Shown here piece after piece: positions 1 through 7,480 of a stretch of 45,414 nucleotides of DNA (its first letter is position 1; each line of letters begins with the position of its first letter). The notes under the pieces were generated by a model that was given only the letters and a program-made list of their open reading frames with translations, ran no database searches and was not told where the DNA came from. Source of the DNA: Candidatus Coprenecus sp. (GTDB lineage: Bacteria; Bacteroidota; Bacteroidia; Bacteroidales; UBA932). The stretch covers positions 1 to 45,414 of the forward strand of contig JAZRBT010000225.1 of assembly GCA_045635245.1 (NCBI GenBank). The letters run 5' to 3'. Both the position numbers and the translations under genes were made by a program.

Positions 1-1
1 G

Positions 2-961
2 AAGAATAAGGCTTTGCTGGAAGAACTTCGCCCCTGGCTGGTGGAATTCAGAAAACTTGGAACACGTTGCCGCAAGGCTTTGGAACTTCTTGACAGATAT
101 ATGCAAAATCCTGAGGATAAGAAATTTGAAGGATTCTGGAATGGATATGTTTCAAATCTTATGAGTAAGGAGGATGTCGAAATGTTCGATGCTCACAGAG
201 TGGGAACAATGAAACTTCAGCCTTTCTATGAGAGGGTGATGGATGGTCTGGTTTCGGCTTACTACGAATATCATACTGGAGAGAAATCTTCAACCCTTTC
301 TGCAACAGGAAGCTACAAATCACTGATGGCTCCTTCTGCAAAATATATGTTTGACAATGATTTGAATACTTATTATCACTCGGGTCAGGGTCAGCGTACT
401 GACGAGTTTGTCGCAGCTGATATGAGTGTTGTTCGTCCTGTTAGAGAGATTTCCATTATTCAAGGTAGAAATTCAGTGGATGATGTCGATTATTTTGACC
501 ACGCGATAGTAGAGTATTCTTGTGACGGAGAAAACTGGATAGCAGTAACTGATTCTTTGAAAGGAGTTTATGAAATTTCCTGGAGAGGTGAGCCATTCTC
601 TGCAAGATATGTCCGTCTGAGAAAACTTCCGTCAGAGAAGAGAAACTGGTTGGCAATCCGTTCTTTTGAAATCAATCCTGTGTCAGAAAAAGAGTTTGGC
701 TGGGATGGCAATCCATTTACTTTCTTCACCGTTCCCGGTAAAATTTCTGTAGGAATTCCACGCGGACTTCAGAAAGTTACATTCCTTTTTGGAAAACTTC
801 CTGCTGGTGGAGTGAAGTACGAGATTATGGGAACAGATGGCAAAGTTGTCGAAGAGGGAAGATTTGACAGCAGCGAGTCTGTTGTGAATATAGATTCGGC
901 TAAAGGTGTTTACGCTATCGTGATAGAGGGAAATGTGGATTTGTACGAAGTAATCCGTTAG
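2..961 (+). CDS. C-terminal part of a glycoside-hydrolase-type protein (helical linker, F5/8 type C / CBM32-like sugar-binding domain, terminal beta-sandwich); 5' end outside window
   Basis: The frame is open from base 2 with no upstream stop, so the TTG at 14 is a window-edge artefact. VDYFDHAIVEYSCDGENWIAV...ARYVRLRKL...WLAIRSFEINP fits the discoidin / F5-8 type C pattern common on GH84/GH20-type hexosaminidases. The family of the missing catalytic part is a guess. Confidence 0.5.
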   Translation, partial: KNKALLEELRPWLVEFRKLGTRCRKALELLDRYMQNPEDKKFEGFWNGYVSNLMSKEDVEMFDAHRVGTMKLQPFYERVMDGLVSAYYEYHTGEKSSTLSATGSYKSLMAPSAKYMFDNDLNTYYHSGQGQRTDEFVAADMSVVRPVREISIIQGRNSVDDVDYFDHAIVEYSCDGENWIAVTDSLKGVYEISWRGEPFSARYVRLRKLPSEKRNWLAIRSFEINPVSEKEFGWDGNPFTFFTVPGKISVGIPRGLQKVTFLFGKLPAGGVKYEIMGTDGKVVEEGRFDSSESVVNIDSAKGVYAIVIEGNVDLYEVIR

Positions 962-963
962 TT

Positions 964-1749
964 ATGAGTATAGTCGAGGATATTACCAATGCCCGCAATG
1001 AAAGGGATTGGGAAAAAGTTGAAGTATCTGTACAGAAATATCGTCAGTTTCTTGATGAACTCTCGCAGGGGAATGATTTGTTACATATAACAGAACATTT
1101 CTATTTAACTCTGTATGAGATAGAAGCTAATACATACAATAATAAGAGCCATTTGAATTACGGACGTATTTTGTATGCTTTGTCGTTGCTGTCCCAGTAT
1201 CCGGATGATGCTTCTCAGGCGGACAGTCTTACAATGGAAACTGTAGATGATATTCCTCGATTCAAGGCCGACGGATATAACTATCTTGGGGATGCTATGT
1301 TTGAAGACAAAAGGGCAGTTGAGGCACTTGTTCTATATAAAAGAGCTCTCGAACAATTGGCACTTTTGCCTGAATCGGAAGAGCGTTCTAAGTTGGCAAA
1401 GGCTCTGGTAGAGTCGGTAGCCGGTTGTTATAAGTATCTTTCGCAGGATAATCTTCTTGGCGAACTGCCGGAAATGTTTTCCGGATATCTTTCCAAAGAG
1501 GAAGTGGAAGAAATTGAACAGCAGGCGCGTGCTCCTTTCCTTAAGCACGACCCTGTCGAGGACACTCCTGAGTATCTGGAGATTAAAGAGGAGTTGGAGA
1601 CTATTTTGTATGAGCACTTCAAGGATGTTGACCAATTTATGGGATTCTGTTTTGAGTATTGGTCAAAGAAGAGAGAGATACTCCTTTCCAAATATGGAAT
1701 CGAGTGGCGTTCTCCTTCATCAATGAACCCTCGAGTTCATTTTGATTAG
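964..1749 (+). CDS. Hypothetical protein (helical/TPR-like N-half, acidic middle, distinctive C-terminus FMGFCFEYWSKKREILLSKYGIEWRSPSSMNPRVHFD)
   Basis: 261-aa ORF with an ATG start 2 nt after the upstream stop, which suggests coupling to the glycosidase gene. Codon usage matches its neighbours. I recognise no catalytic motif. Confidence 0.6.
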   Translation: MSIVEDITNARNERDWEKVEVSVQKYRQFLDELSQGNDLLHITEHFYLTLYEIEANTYNNKSHLNYGRILYALSLLSQYPDDASQADSLTMETVDDIPRFKADGYNYLGDAMFEDKRAVEALVLYKRALEQLALLPESEERSKLAKALVESVAGCYKYLSQDNLLGELPEMFSGYLSKEEVEEIEQQARAPFLKHDPVEDTPEYLEIKEELETILYEHFKDVDQFMGFCFEYWSKKREILLSKYGIEWRSPSSMNPRVHFD

Positions 1750-2958
1750 TCTGTAAATCGCAAATACTGAGCCTGAAGCTACAAGCAGCAGGGCCAAGTT
1801 GAATAATACGGTCAGTATCCAATTTATAGGGTGGGGGTATTCCCGGTAGGGATTATCCCCATTTTCACTTCTTGCAAATGCATTTGTGTAGATGGTAGTG
1901 CCATCTTCATATCGGGCAGTAAATCTTGCATAGGGAATCTCTTCTCCCATTTTGAATTTAATCTCGGCGGTGTTGGCAACAGAGTCCACAGTAACTCCGT
2001 TTTGGGAGGTTACTTTTATATATTGTGCTACTTTGGAAAGTTGAATGAAGAGAGTGTCTCCATTAACTCCAATATTCTCAATCTCAGGAAGATTGCTGTT
2101 GAAATCCCTTTTCAGTCCGTTATCTCCATTAAAATGGTCAGGGATTCTCATAGTGAAGAAATTTCCATCCAACAAAGTCTCCTTGATATCTTTATATGAT
2201 GCAGAGGAGGTGTTCAGGAAACTTGCCCTGCGGGCTATTTTGAGAGGATTTTTTGGATTATGATTGTCATCTCCGATGATATTGTGGACATATCTTCCGG
2301 CAGAGAGGGCTTCATCAAAATATTTCAATCTTGTTCCTCTCCCTTTGTCTCCCTCTTCAAAACCGGCATCGCCCTCGAGCAACCTGAATCCTGATACATT
2401 GCTCATAGTCTCGTCAGAAATCCCTTTGGTCCTGTCGGGATGATTAAACACGATAAAGTCTCCGTCGCTACAGAGCAAATCTATCATAAACTGTTTCTGC
2501 GAATCCAGAATCGGGAGCAGGTGGTCAAACTTCCTCACTTTGTCACATCCGAATACGAGTTTGTGAAACTTGAACAAATTATATCCGTGTTCGTAAAGAT
2601 TTACCTGCAAGGCGGGGTCGTAAGGATGGGTCGTCAACTGCTGGTGATTTGAGAAGGTAAGGATGTCGTATCCGTAGCTCATATATTCATCAAACACTAC
2701 ATCCGGGTAGTAGGGGCATTCGTTTATCCCTTTATCTACCTTTGTATGGGTGTGGAAATTGGCTTTTTTCCAGCCGATGGCAGTATCAAGGTTCTCGTAA
2801 GGGTTATAGATGAACTCTCCACTGAAAGGCTCTCCCTTTGTGAAATTATATATCGGGGATATGCTGGTAAGAGATACCGCAAGGAGAATGATCAGCAGCA
2901 GAATTGAAACCGATTTGAAAAGTATAATAAGTGTCTTCTTTAAAATTCTTGATACCAT
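1720..2958 (-). CDS. Membrane-anchored PHP-like metal-dependent phosphoesterase (putative)
   Basis: 412 aa with an N-terminal TM helix (LIILFKSVSILLLIILLAV) and a C-terminal TM helix. His-rich motifs NFHTHTKVD, FNHPDR and GDDNHN resemble the PHP / histidinol-phosphatase fold. The 3' end overlaps the convergent gene by 30 bp. Confidence 0.5.
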   Translation of the reverse strand: MVSRILKKTLIILFKSVSILLLIILLAVSLTSISPIYNFTKGEPFSGEFIYNPYENLDTAIGWKKANFHTHTKVDKGINECPYYPDVVFDEYMSYGYDILTFSNHQQLTTHPYDPALQVNLYEHGYNLFKFHKLVFGCDKVRKFDHLLPILDSQKQFMIDLLCSDGDFIVFNHPDRTKGISDETMSNVSGFRLLEGDAGFEEGDKGRGTRLKYFDEALSAGRYVHNIIGDDNHNPKNPLKIARRASFLNTSSASYKDIKETLLDGNFFTMRIPDHFNGDNGLKRDFNSNLPEIENIGVNGDTLFIQLSKVAQYIKVTSQNGVTVDSVANTAEIKFKMGEEIPYARFTARYEDGTTIYTNAFARSENGDNPYREYPHPINWILTVLFNLALLLVASGSVFAIYRLIKMNSRVH

Positions 2959-3001
2959 ATCCTGAGTACGTTTATGTCGTTTCTTGTTACAAAAATAAGT
3001 T

Positions 3002-3376
3002 TTATTCCGACTTTGAAACAGTCACCCGATGTTTTTTATCTATATAAAGTATGTAATCATAGCATTGGAGGACTTTTTCTCCTCTTTTTTTGGGGAGACT
3101 CTCAGGTAGTGATGTAAAGTATTTCATATCATAGCCAAGGTTGTTAAGTTCACTTTCCGTTATTCCGTTTATCTCTTTCTGGTGCAGATAATCTAGTATT
3201 TCGTGATTTTTCCTCAATATTCTGTCCACTCTGAAAAGTGCAGCCCTTCTGCTGCGGTAGAGGTTGTTGTTATAAGATGTTCTGCAATAATCGGAACAGA
3301 ATTTCTTGTCACTTCTGCCGCAAAATCTCTTCCCACAATTCAGGCACTCTTTAATATTTACTCCTTCTTCACTCAT
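3002..3376 (-). CDS. Small zinc-ribbon protein (CxxC...CxxxC), function unknown
   Basis: Begins MSEEGVNIKECLNCGKRFCGRSDKKFCSDYCRTSYNN. The start is set at ATG 3376 because a TATCTTTG -7 box (3394-3401, minus strand) lies inside the TTG-initiated extension to 3430 given in the ORF track. Confidence 0.6.
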   Translation of the reverse strand: MSEEGVNIKECLNCGKRFCGRSDKKFCSDYCRTSYNNNLYRSRRAALFRVDRILRKNHEILDYLHQKEINGITESELNNLGYDMKYFTSLPESLPKKRGEKVLQCYDYILYIDKKHRVTVSKSE

Positions 3377-3393
3377 CTTTCGCTCATTTTTTT

Positions 3394-3401
3394 CAAAGAT
3401 A
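3394..3401 (-). promoter_or_regulatory. Bacteroides-type -7 box TATCTTTG for the zinc-ribbon gene
   Basis: Plus strand reads CAAAGATA. The box ends 17 nt before ATG 3376. Confidence 0.4.
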
Positions 3402-3527
3402 TCTCTATTAGTCGGTTTTGTATTTATCAAATCGTAAAAATCATATCATTAGCCGTTTATAACCGTTTAAAGTAAAGAAGTAGAACTCTATTAAGCTTTC
3501 CTTTGTGCTGCATTAATAATAAATATT

Positions 3528-3851
3528 ATGGAAAGATCAGTAAACAGAATCGAATTGAAAGGTAATGCGGGGCAGGATGCCAGAGTTACCAAAGTTGGAG
3601 AATCAGTAGTGGCAAGATTCAATATTGCGACCAACGAAACTTTCAAGGACCGTAGTGGAAATATCAAAGAAGAGACTACCTGGCATTCGATAGTCGCCTG
3701 GGGTGGAAAAGGAATGCCCGATTTCAATCGTATCAAGAAGGGCACATCGGTTTCTGTCGTGGGGCGTTTGAGAGTAAACAAGTATCTCAATGCCGCCGGA
3801 GAGGAAAGGCAGTTTTATGAAGTTCTGGCGCAATCGGTCTCATTGGAATGA
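3528..3851 (+). CDS. ssb: Single-stranded DNA-binding protein, short OB-fold-only form
   Basis: 107 aa. NRIELKGNAGQDARV...TTWHSIVAWGG...VSVVGRLRVNKY...RQFYEVLA fits the SSB OB-fold pattern. There is no Gly/Pro-rich linker and no acidic C-terminal tip. Confidence 0.8.
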   Translation: MERSVNRIELKGNAGQDARVTKVGESVVARFNIATNETFKDRSGNIKEETTWHSIVAWGGKGMPDFNRIKKGTSVSVVGRLRVNKYLNAAGEERQFYEVLAQSVSLE

Positions 3852-3864
3852 TAGGGTGATTATT

Positions 3865-3885
3865 TCCTCTAAGTCAGAGGATTTT
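3865..3885 (+). terminator. Intrinsic terminator after ssb
   Basis: Stem TCCTCT (3865-3870) / AGAGGA (3876-3881) with a 5-nt loop, followed by TTTT. Confidence 0.5.
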
Positions 3886-3898
3886 CGGAGATAATAAG

Positions 3899-3906
3899 TA
3901 TATTTG
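3899..3906 (+). promoter_or_regulatory. -7 box TATATTTG for cysS
   Basis: Exact TAnnTTTG match ending 17 nt before ATG 3924. Confidence 0.45.
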
Positions 3907-3923
3907 TAGTTTAATTCAGAATT

Positions 3924-5393
3924 ATGACTAGACAATATACAATTTACAATACTCTTTCGAGAAGAAAGGAGAATTTTAAGACAATTCATCCCGGAATGGT
4001 TGGAATCTATGTATGTGGTCCTACCGTATACGGAGAACCCCATTTGGGACACGCAAGACCAGCAGTGACATACGATGTGTTGGTAAGGTTGATGAAGTAT
4101 CTCGGATATAAAGTGAGATATGTAAGAAACATTACCGATGTCGGACACTTGGAGCACGATGCCGATGAGGGTGCTGATAAAATAGCACAAAAGGCAAAGT
4201 TGGAATCTTTGGAGCCAATGGAAGTTGTGCAGACTTATACCATCGCATATCACGATGCAATGCGTAAGTTGAATACCTTGGCACCTAATATTGAACCCAG
4301 AGCTTCGGGACATATCATTGAGCAGATTGAGGTTATCAAGAAGATATTGGATGCGGGATATGCTTATGAAAGTAATGGTTCAGTATATTTTGATGTTCCT
4401 GCGTATAACAGGGATCACAAATATGGTGTCCTTTCAGGCAGAAACATTGATGAGATGATGGAAAATACCAGAGCCCTTGACGGAACAGAGGACAAACGTT
4501 CTTCATTTGACTTTGCTCTATGGAAAAAAGCTTCTCCCGAGCATATTATGAGATGGCCTTCTCCCTGGAGTGACGGATTCCCCGGATGGCACCTTGAGTG
4601 TTCTGCAATGAGTGAGAAATATCTCGGTGAAACATTTGATATCCACGGCGGCGGTTTGGATTTGCAGTTCCCTCATCACGAGTGTGAATTGGCGCAAAAT
4701 ATGGCTTCTCGCGGAACAAGTGGTGTAAAATATTGGATGCACAATAATCTTATCACTATCAACGGTAAGAAAATGGGCAAATCATTGGGTAACTTTATTA
4801 CACTTAATGAATTGTTCTCAGGCAGTCATCAGCTGTTGGAGCAGGCATACACACCTATGACTATCCGTTTCTTTATCCTTCAAGCCCATTATCGCAGTAC
4901 AATCGACTTCAGTAATGAAGCATTGAAGGCTGCTGAAAAAGGTCTTAAGAGAATTATGCAGGCGGCTAAGGATATCAAAGGATTGACATATAAAGGAGAT
5001 TCCGAGAATGAAGAGTTGAAACAACTGATGGAATCGGTAATGGAGGCTCTTTGTGATGATATGAATACTCCTATCGCTTTGGCTCATATGTTCGATGCTG
5101 TGAGAATTGTCAACACCGCTAAGGAGGGCAAATTGACACTTTCATTGAAAGATAAGGAGATCCTCGATGAAATGTTCGGTAGAATTGTATCGGATGTAAT
5201 GGGACTTGAAGACGAGTCTGCATCTTCTTCCGACCAGAATCTGATAGGTGGTTTGGTAGAGATGGTTCTTGAAGTTCGCAAAGAGGCTAAAGCCAAAAAG
5301 GATTGGGCTACCAGTGACCTTATCCGTGACAGGCTTAAAGAGATCGGTGTAAATATCAAGGATACCAAAGAAGGAACCGAGTGGAGTCTGTAA
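3924..5393 (+). CDS. cysS: Cysteine--tRNA ligase
   Basis: 489 aa. Class I HIGH motif (HLGHAR), KMSKS motif (KMGKSLGN), and N-terminal CGPTVY and [16 protein letters not shown] blocks typical of CysRS. Confidence 0.95.
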   Translation: MTRQYTIYNTLSRRKENFKTIHPGMVGIYVCGPTVYGEPHLGHARPAVTYDVLVRLMKYLGYKVRYVRNITDVGHLEHDADEGADKIAQKAKLESLEPMEVVQTYTIAYHDAMRKLNTLAPNIEPRASGHIIEQIEVIKKILDAGYAYESNGSVYFDVPAYNRDHKYGVLSGRNIDEMMENTRALDGTEDKRSSFDFALWKKASPEHIMRWPSPWSDGFPGWHLECSAMSEKYLGETFDIHGGGLDLQFPHHECELAQNMASRGTSGVKYWMHNNLITINGKKMGKSLGNFITLNELFSGSHQLLEQAYTPMTIRFFILQAHYRSTIDFSNEALKAAEKGLKRIMQAAKDIKGLTYKGDSENEELKQLMESVMEALCDDMNTPIALAHMFDAVRIVNTAKEGKLTLSLKDKEILDEMFGRIVSDVMGLEDESASSSDQNLIGGLVEMVLEVRKEAKAKKDWATSDLIRDRLKEIGVNIKDTKEGTEWSL

Positions 5394-5420
5394 GACAACC
5401 ACTCCCTGTTTAAAACAGAT

Positions 5421-5463
5421 AAGCCCCAAAAGTCAGACACAAGACTTTTGGGGCTTTATTTTA
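5421..5463. terminator. Bidirectional intrinsic terminator between cysS and the convergent OMP gene
   Basis: 14-bp perfect stem AAGCCCCAAAAGTC (5421-5434) / GACTTTTGGGGCTT (5443-5456) with an 8-nt loop, followed by a T-rich tail. Confidence 0.8.
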
Positions 5464-5484
5464 TATCGATTGAGTTAAGGGCTT

Positions 5485-5982
5485 CTAGAAATTGAACGAT
5501 ACCGATACTCCCGGTATTGGTAAAGGAACCAATCCTACCGGTGTCTGTCCTACAATCATCGTAGAGATGGTATATTTGGTGTCCCTGATTTTCCAATCAA
5601 CACCTATACCGATATTCCCGTAAAATATGCATTGGGGATTTGTGTCTGGGATAAAAAATGCAGCACCCAAATCGAGATTCAAAACCATTCTATGGGCCCA
5701 GTTTTTAAAAGGGATATAGCCTCTGATTGTCCCATATACAGGTATCAGATGGGCGTCTGATGAGTAAACAGGAGAGTGGTAGTATCCTGTTCCGACACCT
5801 AAAAAGAAGTTCTCTTTAAATGTGAATCCGTGAGTTGTCAGGAGTGATGGTTGTACAAATGCAGCAGTACCGGCAACCGAGATTCTGACATCGCCACTGT
5901 ATTGCCATCTTTTTTCTTGTGCTAACAATGTAGAAGTGGAGAGTAACAAAAAGATGATAGGAATTAGACTTAATTTTTTCAT
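5485..5982 (-). CDS. Small outer-membrane beta-barrel protein (hypothetical)
   Basis: 165 aa. Signal peptide MKKLSLIPIIFLLLSTSTLLAQE, alternating hydrophobic/aromatic beta-strand pattern, and a C-terminal ...VSVSFNF ending in Phe, which resembles an OMP beta-signal. Confidence 0.65.
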   Translation of the reverse strand: MKKLSLIPIIFLLLSTSTLLAQEKRWQYSGDVRISVAGTAAFVQPSLLTTHGFTFKENFFLGVGTGYYHSPVYSSDAHLIPVYGTIRGYIPFKNWAHRMVLNLDLGAAFFIPDTNPQCIFYGNIGIGVDWKIRDTKYTISTMIVGQTPVGLVPLPIPGVSVSFNF

Positions 5983-6013
5983 AAGGATAATTATTAAGTT
6001 TGTAAAATATGTT

Positions 6014-6021
6014 CAAATATA
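6014..6021 (-). promoter_or_regulatory. -7 box TATATTTG for the OMP gene
   Basis: Plus strand reads CAAATATA. The box ends 31 nt before ATG 5982. Confidence 0.45.
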
Positions 6022-6277
6022 GTTTTTTTTAATAATAATCCAAGAAAAAGCTTTTTGTCTATAGAAATCCTTTATCTTTAAAATCGAATTGCATAGTTTG
6101 TCCTTATTTCGTGCATCTATTTTATGTCCTTAAGATGTAAATTTCTTCTAACATCCCTTTAAATTAGATCTAAAGTTCTTGAAAGAGAGTGTGTTGTTTG
6201 TGGTGTTGTCTCATTTTAATGGCATAGTTCTTGGAGATGGTTTGTTTAGTGGTGTATTTGACTAAAGTGTGTCAAAT

Positions 6278-6308
6278 TTTGATTTTAGTCAGAATTTATC
6301 TATCTTTG
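6278..6308 (+). promoter_or_regulatory. Full-consensus Bacteroides promoter: TTTG(-33)-N19-TATCTTTG(-7)
   Basis: TTTG at 6278-6281, a spacer of exactly 19 nt, and TATCTTTG at 6301-6308. Match quality equals the boxes upstream of tRNA-Glu/rpsT and rpsP in this window. The predicted start site is near 6312-6315. Confidence 0.55.
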
Positions 6309-6329
6309 ATAGTATTGAAATACTCTGTT

Positions 6330-6368
6330 ATGACAAAGGATTATTATTATTATTATTATTATTATTGA
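6330..6368 (+). CDS. Candidate 12-codon mini-ORF MTKDYYYYYYYY (leader peptide, micropeptide, or a chance ORF)
   Basis: ATG ACA AAG GAT (TAT)8 TGA, beginning about 17 nt after the predicted start site of the 6278-6308 promoter. The stop codon forms the first 3 nt of the hairpin TGAGAG-TTTGGG-CTCTCA (6366-6383). There is no evidence of translation. Confidence 0.25.
   Translation: MTKDYYYYYYYY
6340..6366. repeat. Perfect trinucleotide microsatellite (ATT)9
   Basis: 27 bp of uninterrupted ATT units. It is the only simple-sequence repeat of this length I see in the window. Confidence 0.95.
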
Positions 6369-6394
6369 GAGTTTGGGCTCTCAGAATAAATTTG
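6364..6394 (+). promoter_or_regulatory. Second, weaker promoter candidate: aTTG-N19-TAAATTTG
   Basis: TAAATTTG at 6387-6394. The -33-like ATTG (6364-6367) is formed by the last unit of the ATT repeat, with a 19-nt spacer. A transcript from here would carry a leader of about 130 nt to ATG 6531. Confidence 0.3.
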
Positions 6395-6530
6395 GATAAT
6401 TAGCTCTATTTTAATAGGTTGTCTATTGGGATGCAGTATTGATCTACTTTCTGGGAAGAATATATAAATCTGATTTATTAGTGACTTTGTAGTCAGAGAT
6501 TATTCAATAGAACATTTAAATACTACATAT

Positions 6531-6950
6531 ATGAAAAATATTACTTTGTTTTTAATGACAGCTATTATTGCTGTAATGCTTTCAGGGTGCAATAAGCACG
6601 AGGATTATACTTCCGATCAGATGCCTGACTTGTATCAGACAAGATGGGAAGGTAAATTAATCCATACTAAGTATGGAGTTGAGAAGGAATATGCTGTACT
6701 CATCGAATTTAGAGACAAATTTGATCACGGAATGAAATATAGTATAACCAGTCCCGATGGTTCTGTAAATTATAATAAAATGGGTAGCTATGAACAAAAT
6801 GAGGGCTGGAAATACATTTATCTCGCTACAGATGATGGAATTCTCTGCGATGGAAATTATTGGGTGTTGCCCCACGCTGAATCAAAATTAAGGATGGAAA
6901 ACAGAGATGCCGGGCAGTCGATTTTATTGGATTTAAACAAGTTAAACTAA
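6531..6950 (+). CDS. Small lipoprotein, function unknown
   Basis: 139 aa. Signal peptide with lipobox (AVMLSGC, then NKHED). Confidence 0.7.
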   Translation: MKNITLFLMTAIIAVMLSGCNKHEDYTSDQMPDLYQTRWEGKLIHTKYGVEKEYAVLIEFRDKFDHGMKYSITSPDGSVNYNKMGSYEQNEGWKYIYLATDDGILCDGNYWVLPHAESKLRMENRDAGQSILLDLNKLN

Positions 6951-6971
6951 TTTGAATTTGGAGAAAAGAAT

Positions 6972-7019
6972 AATCCCACCCTTCTAGCTCTATTGAGAGC
7001 GAAAGGGTGGGATTTTTGT
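6972..7019. terminator. Bidirectional terminator between the lipoprotein gene and osmC-like gene
   Basis: 12-bp stem AATCCCACCCTT (6972-6983) / AAGGGTGGGATT (7003-7014) with a 19-nt loop, followed by TTTTGT. Confidence 0.65.
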
Positions 7020-7036
7020 ATCTATTCAAGGACTTA

Positions 7037-7453
7037 TTATTCTTCGTCGTAGTTGAATTTGACAGTTTTGATGATGTCAGGGTGCAAGCTGTTTGCAACG
7101 GGACAGGTTCTTGCAGCCGATTCGATAAGACGTTTTTCTTTATCGGTATATTTTACCCCTTTTGGAAAGTTGAAATCGATTTTGATTTCGGCTACACGGC
7201 GAGGGTTTGCTGCCATAATTTTTTCAATTTCAAGGGTGGTTCCGTCGATATTGAATCCGTATGAATTGGCAGAGATTCCCATAATTGTAAGCATACAAGA
7301 TCCTAAAGATGAAGCAAATATGTCGGTAGGTGAGAAGAATTCTCCTTTTCCGTTATTATCAAGTGGAGCATCGGTTGTAAGTTTGTTACCCGATTGTGTG
7401 TGTTCGATCTCGGTTCTAAGGTTGCCGAGATATACAGTTTTCATTTTTGTCAT
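7037..7453 (-). CDS. OsmC/Ohr-family peroxiredoxin-like protein
   Basis: 138 aa. The two conserved Cys contexts (LGSCMLTIMG and ARTCPVANSL) are typical of the OsmC family. Confidence 0.8.
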   Translation of the reverse strand: MTKMKTVYLGNLRTEIEHTQSGNKLTTDAPLDNNGKGEFFSPTDIFASSLGSCMLTIMGISANSYGFNIDGTTLEIEKIMAANPRRVAEIKIDFNFPKGVKYTDKEKRLIESAARTCPVANSLHPDIIKTVKFNYDEE

Positions 7454-7480
7454 AATCCCGAATTTTTAAAAGTTAATAAT

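Noticed and set aside
3377-3430. TTG-initiated N-terminal extension of the zinc-ribbon gene. A similar 3-codon TTG extension of serC sits at 32018-32026.
   Set aside because: A -7 promoter box lies inside the zinc-ribbon extension (3394-3401). In both cases an in-frame ATG follows that gives a typical N-terminus.
6045-6056. Perfect palindrome AAAAAGCTTTTT in the long intergenic region
   Set aside because: It is an A/T-run palindrome with no loop and negligible stem stability. Such sequences are expected in AT-rich spacer DNA.
6237-6368. Longer 43-aa version of the Tyr-run ORF starting at ATG 6237
   Set aside because: The consensus promoter (6278-6308) lies inside it, so the upstream part is unlikely to be on the same mRNA. 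The extra residues have no signal or feature.
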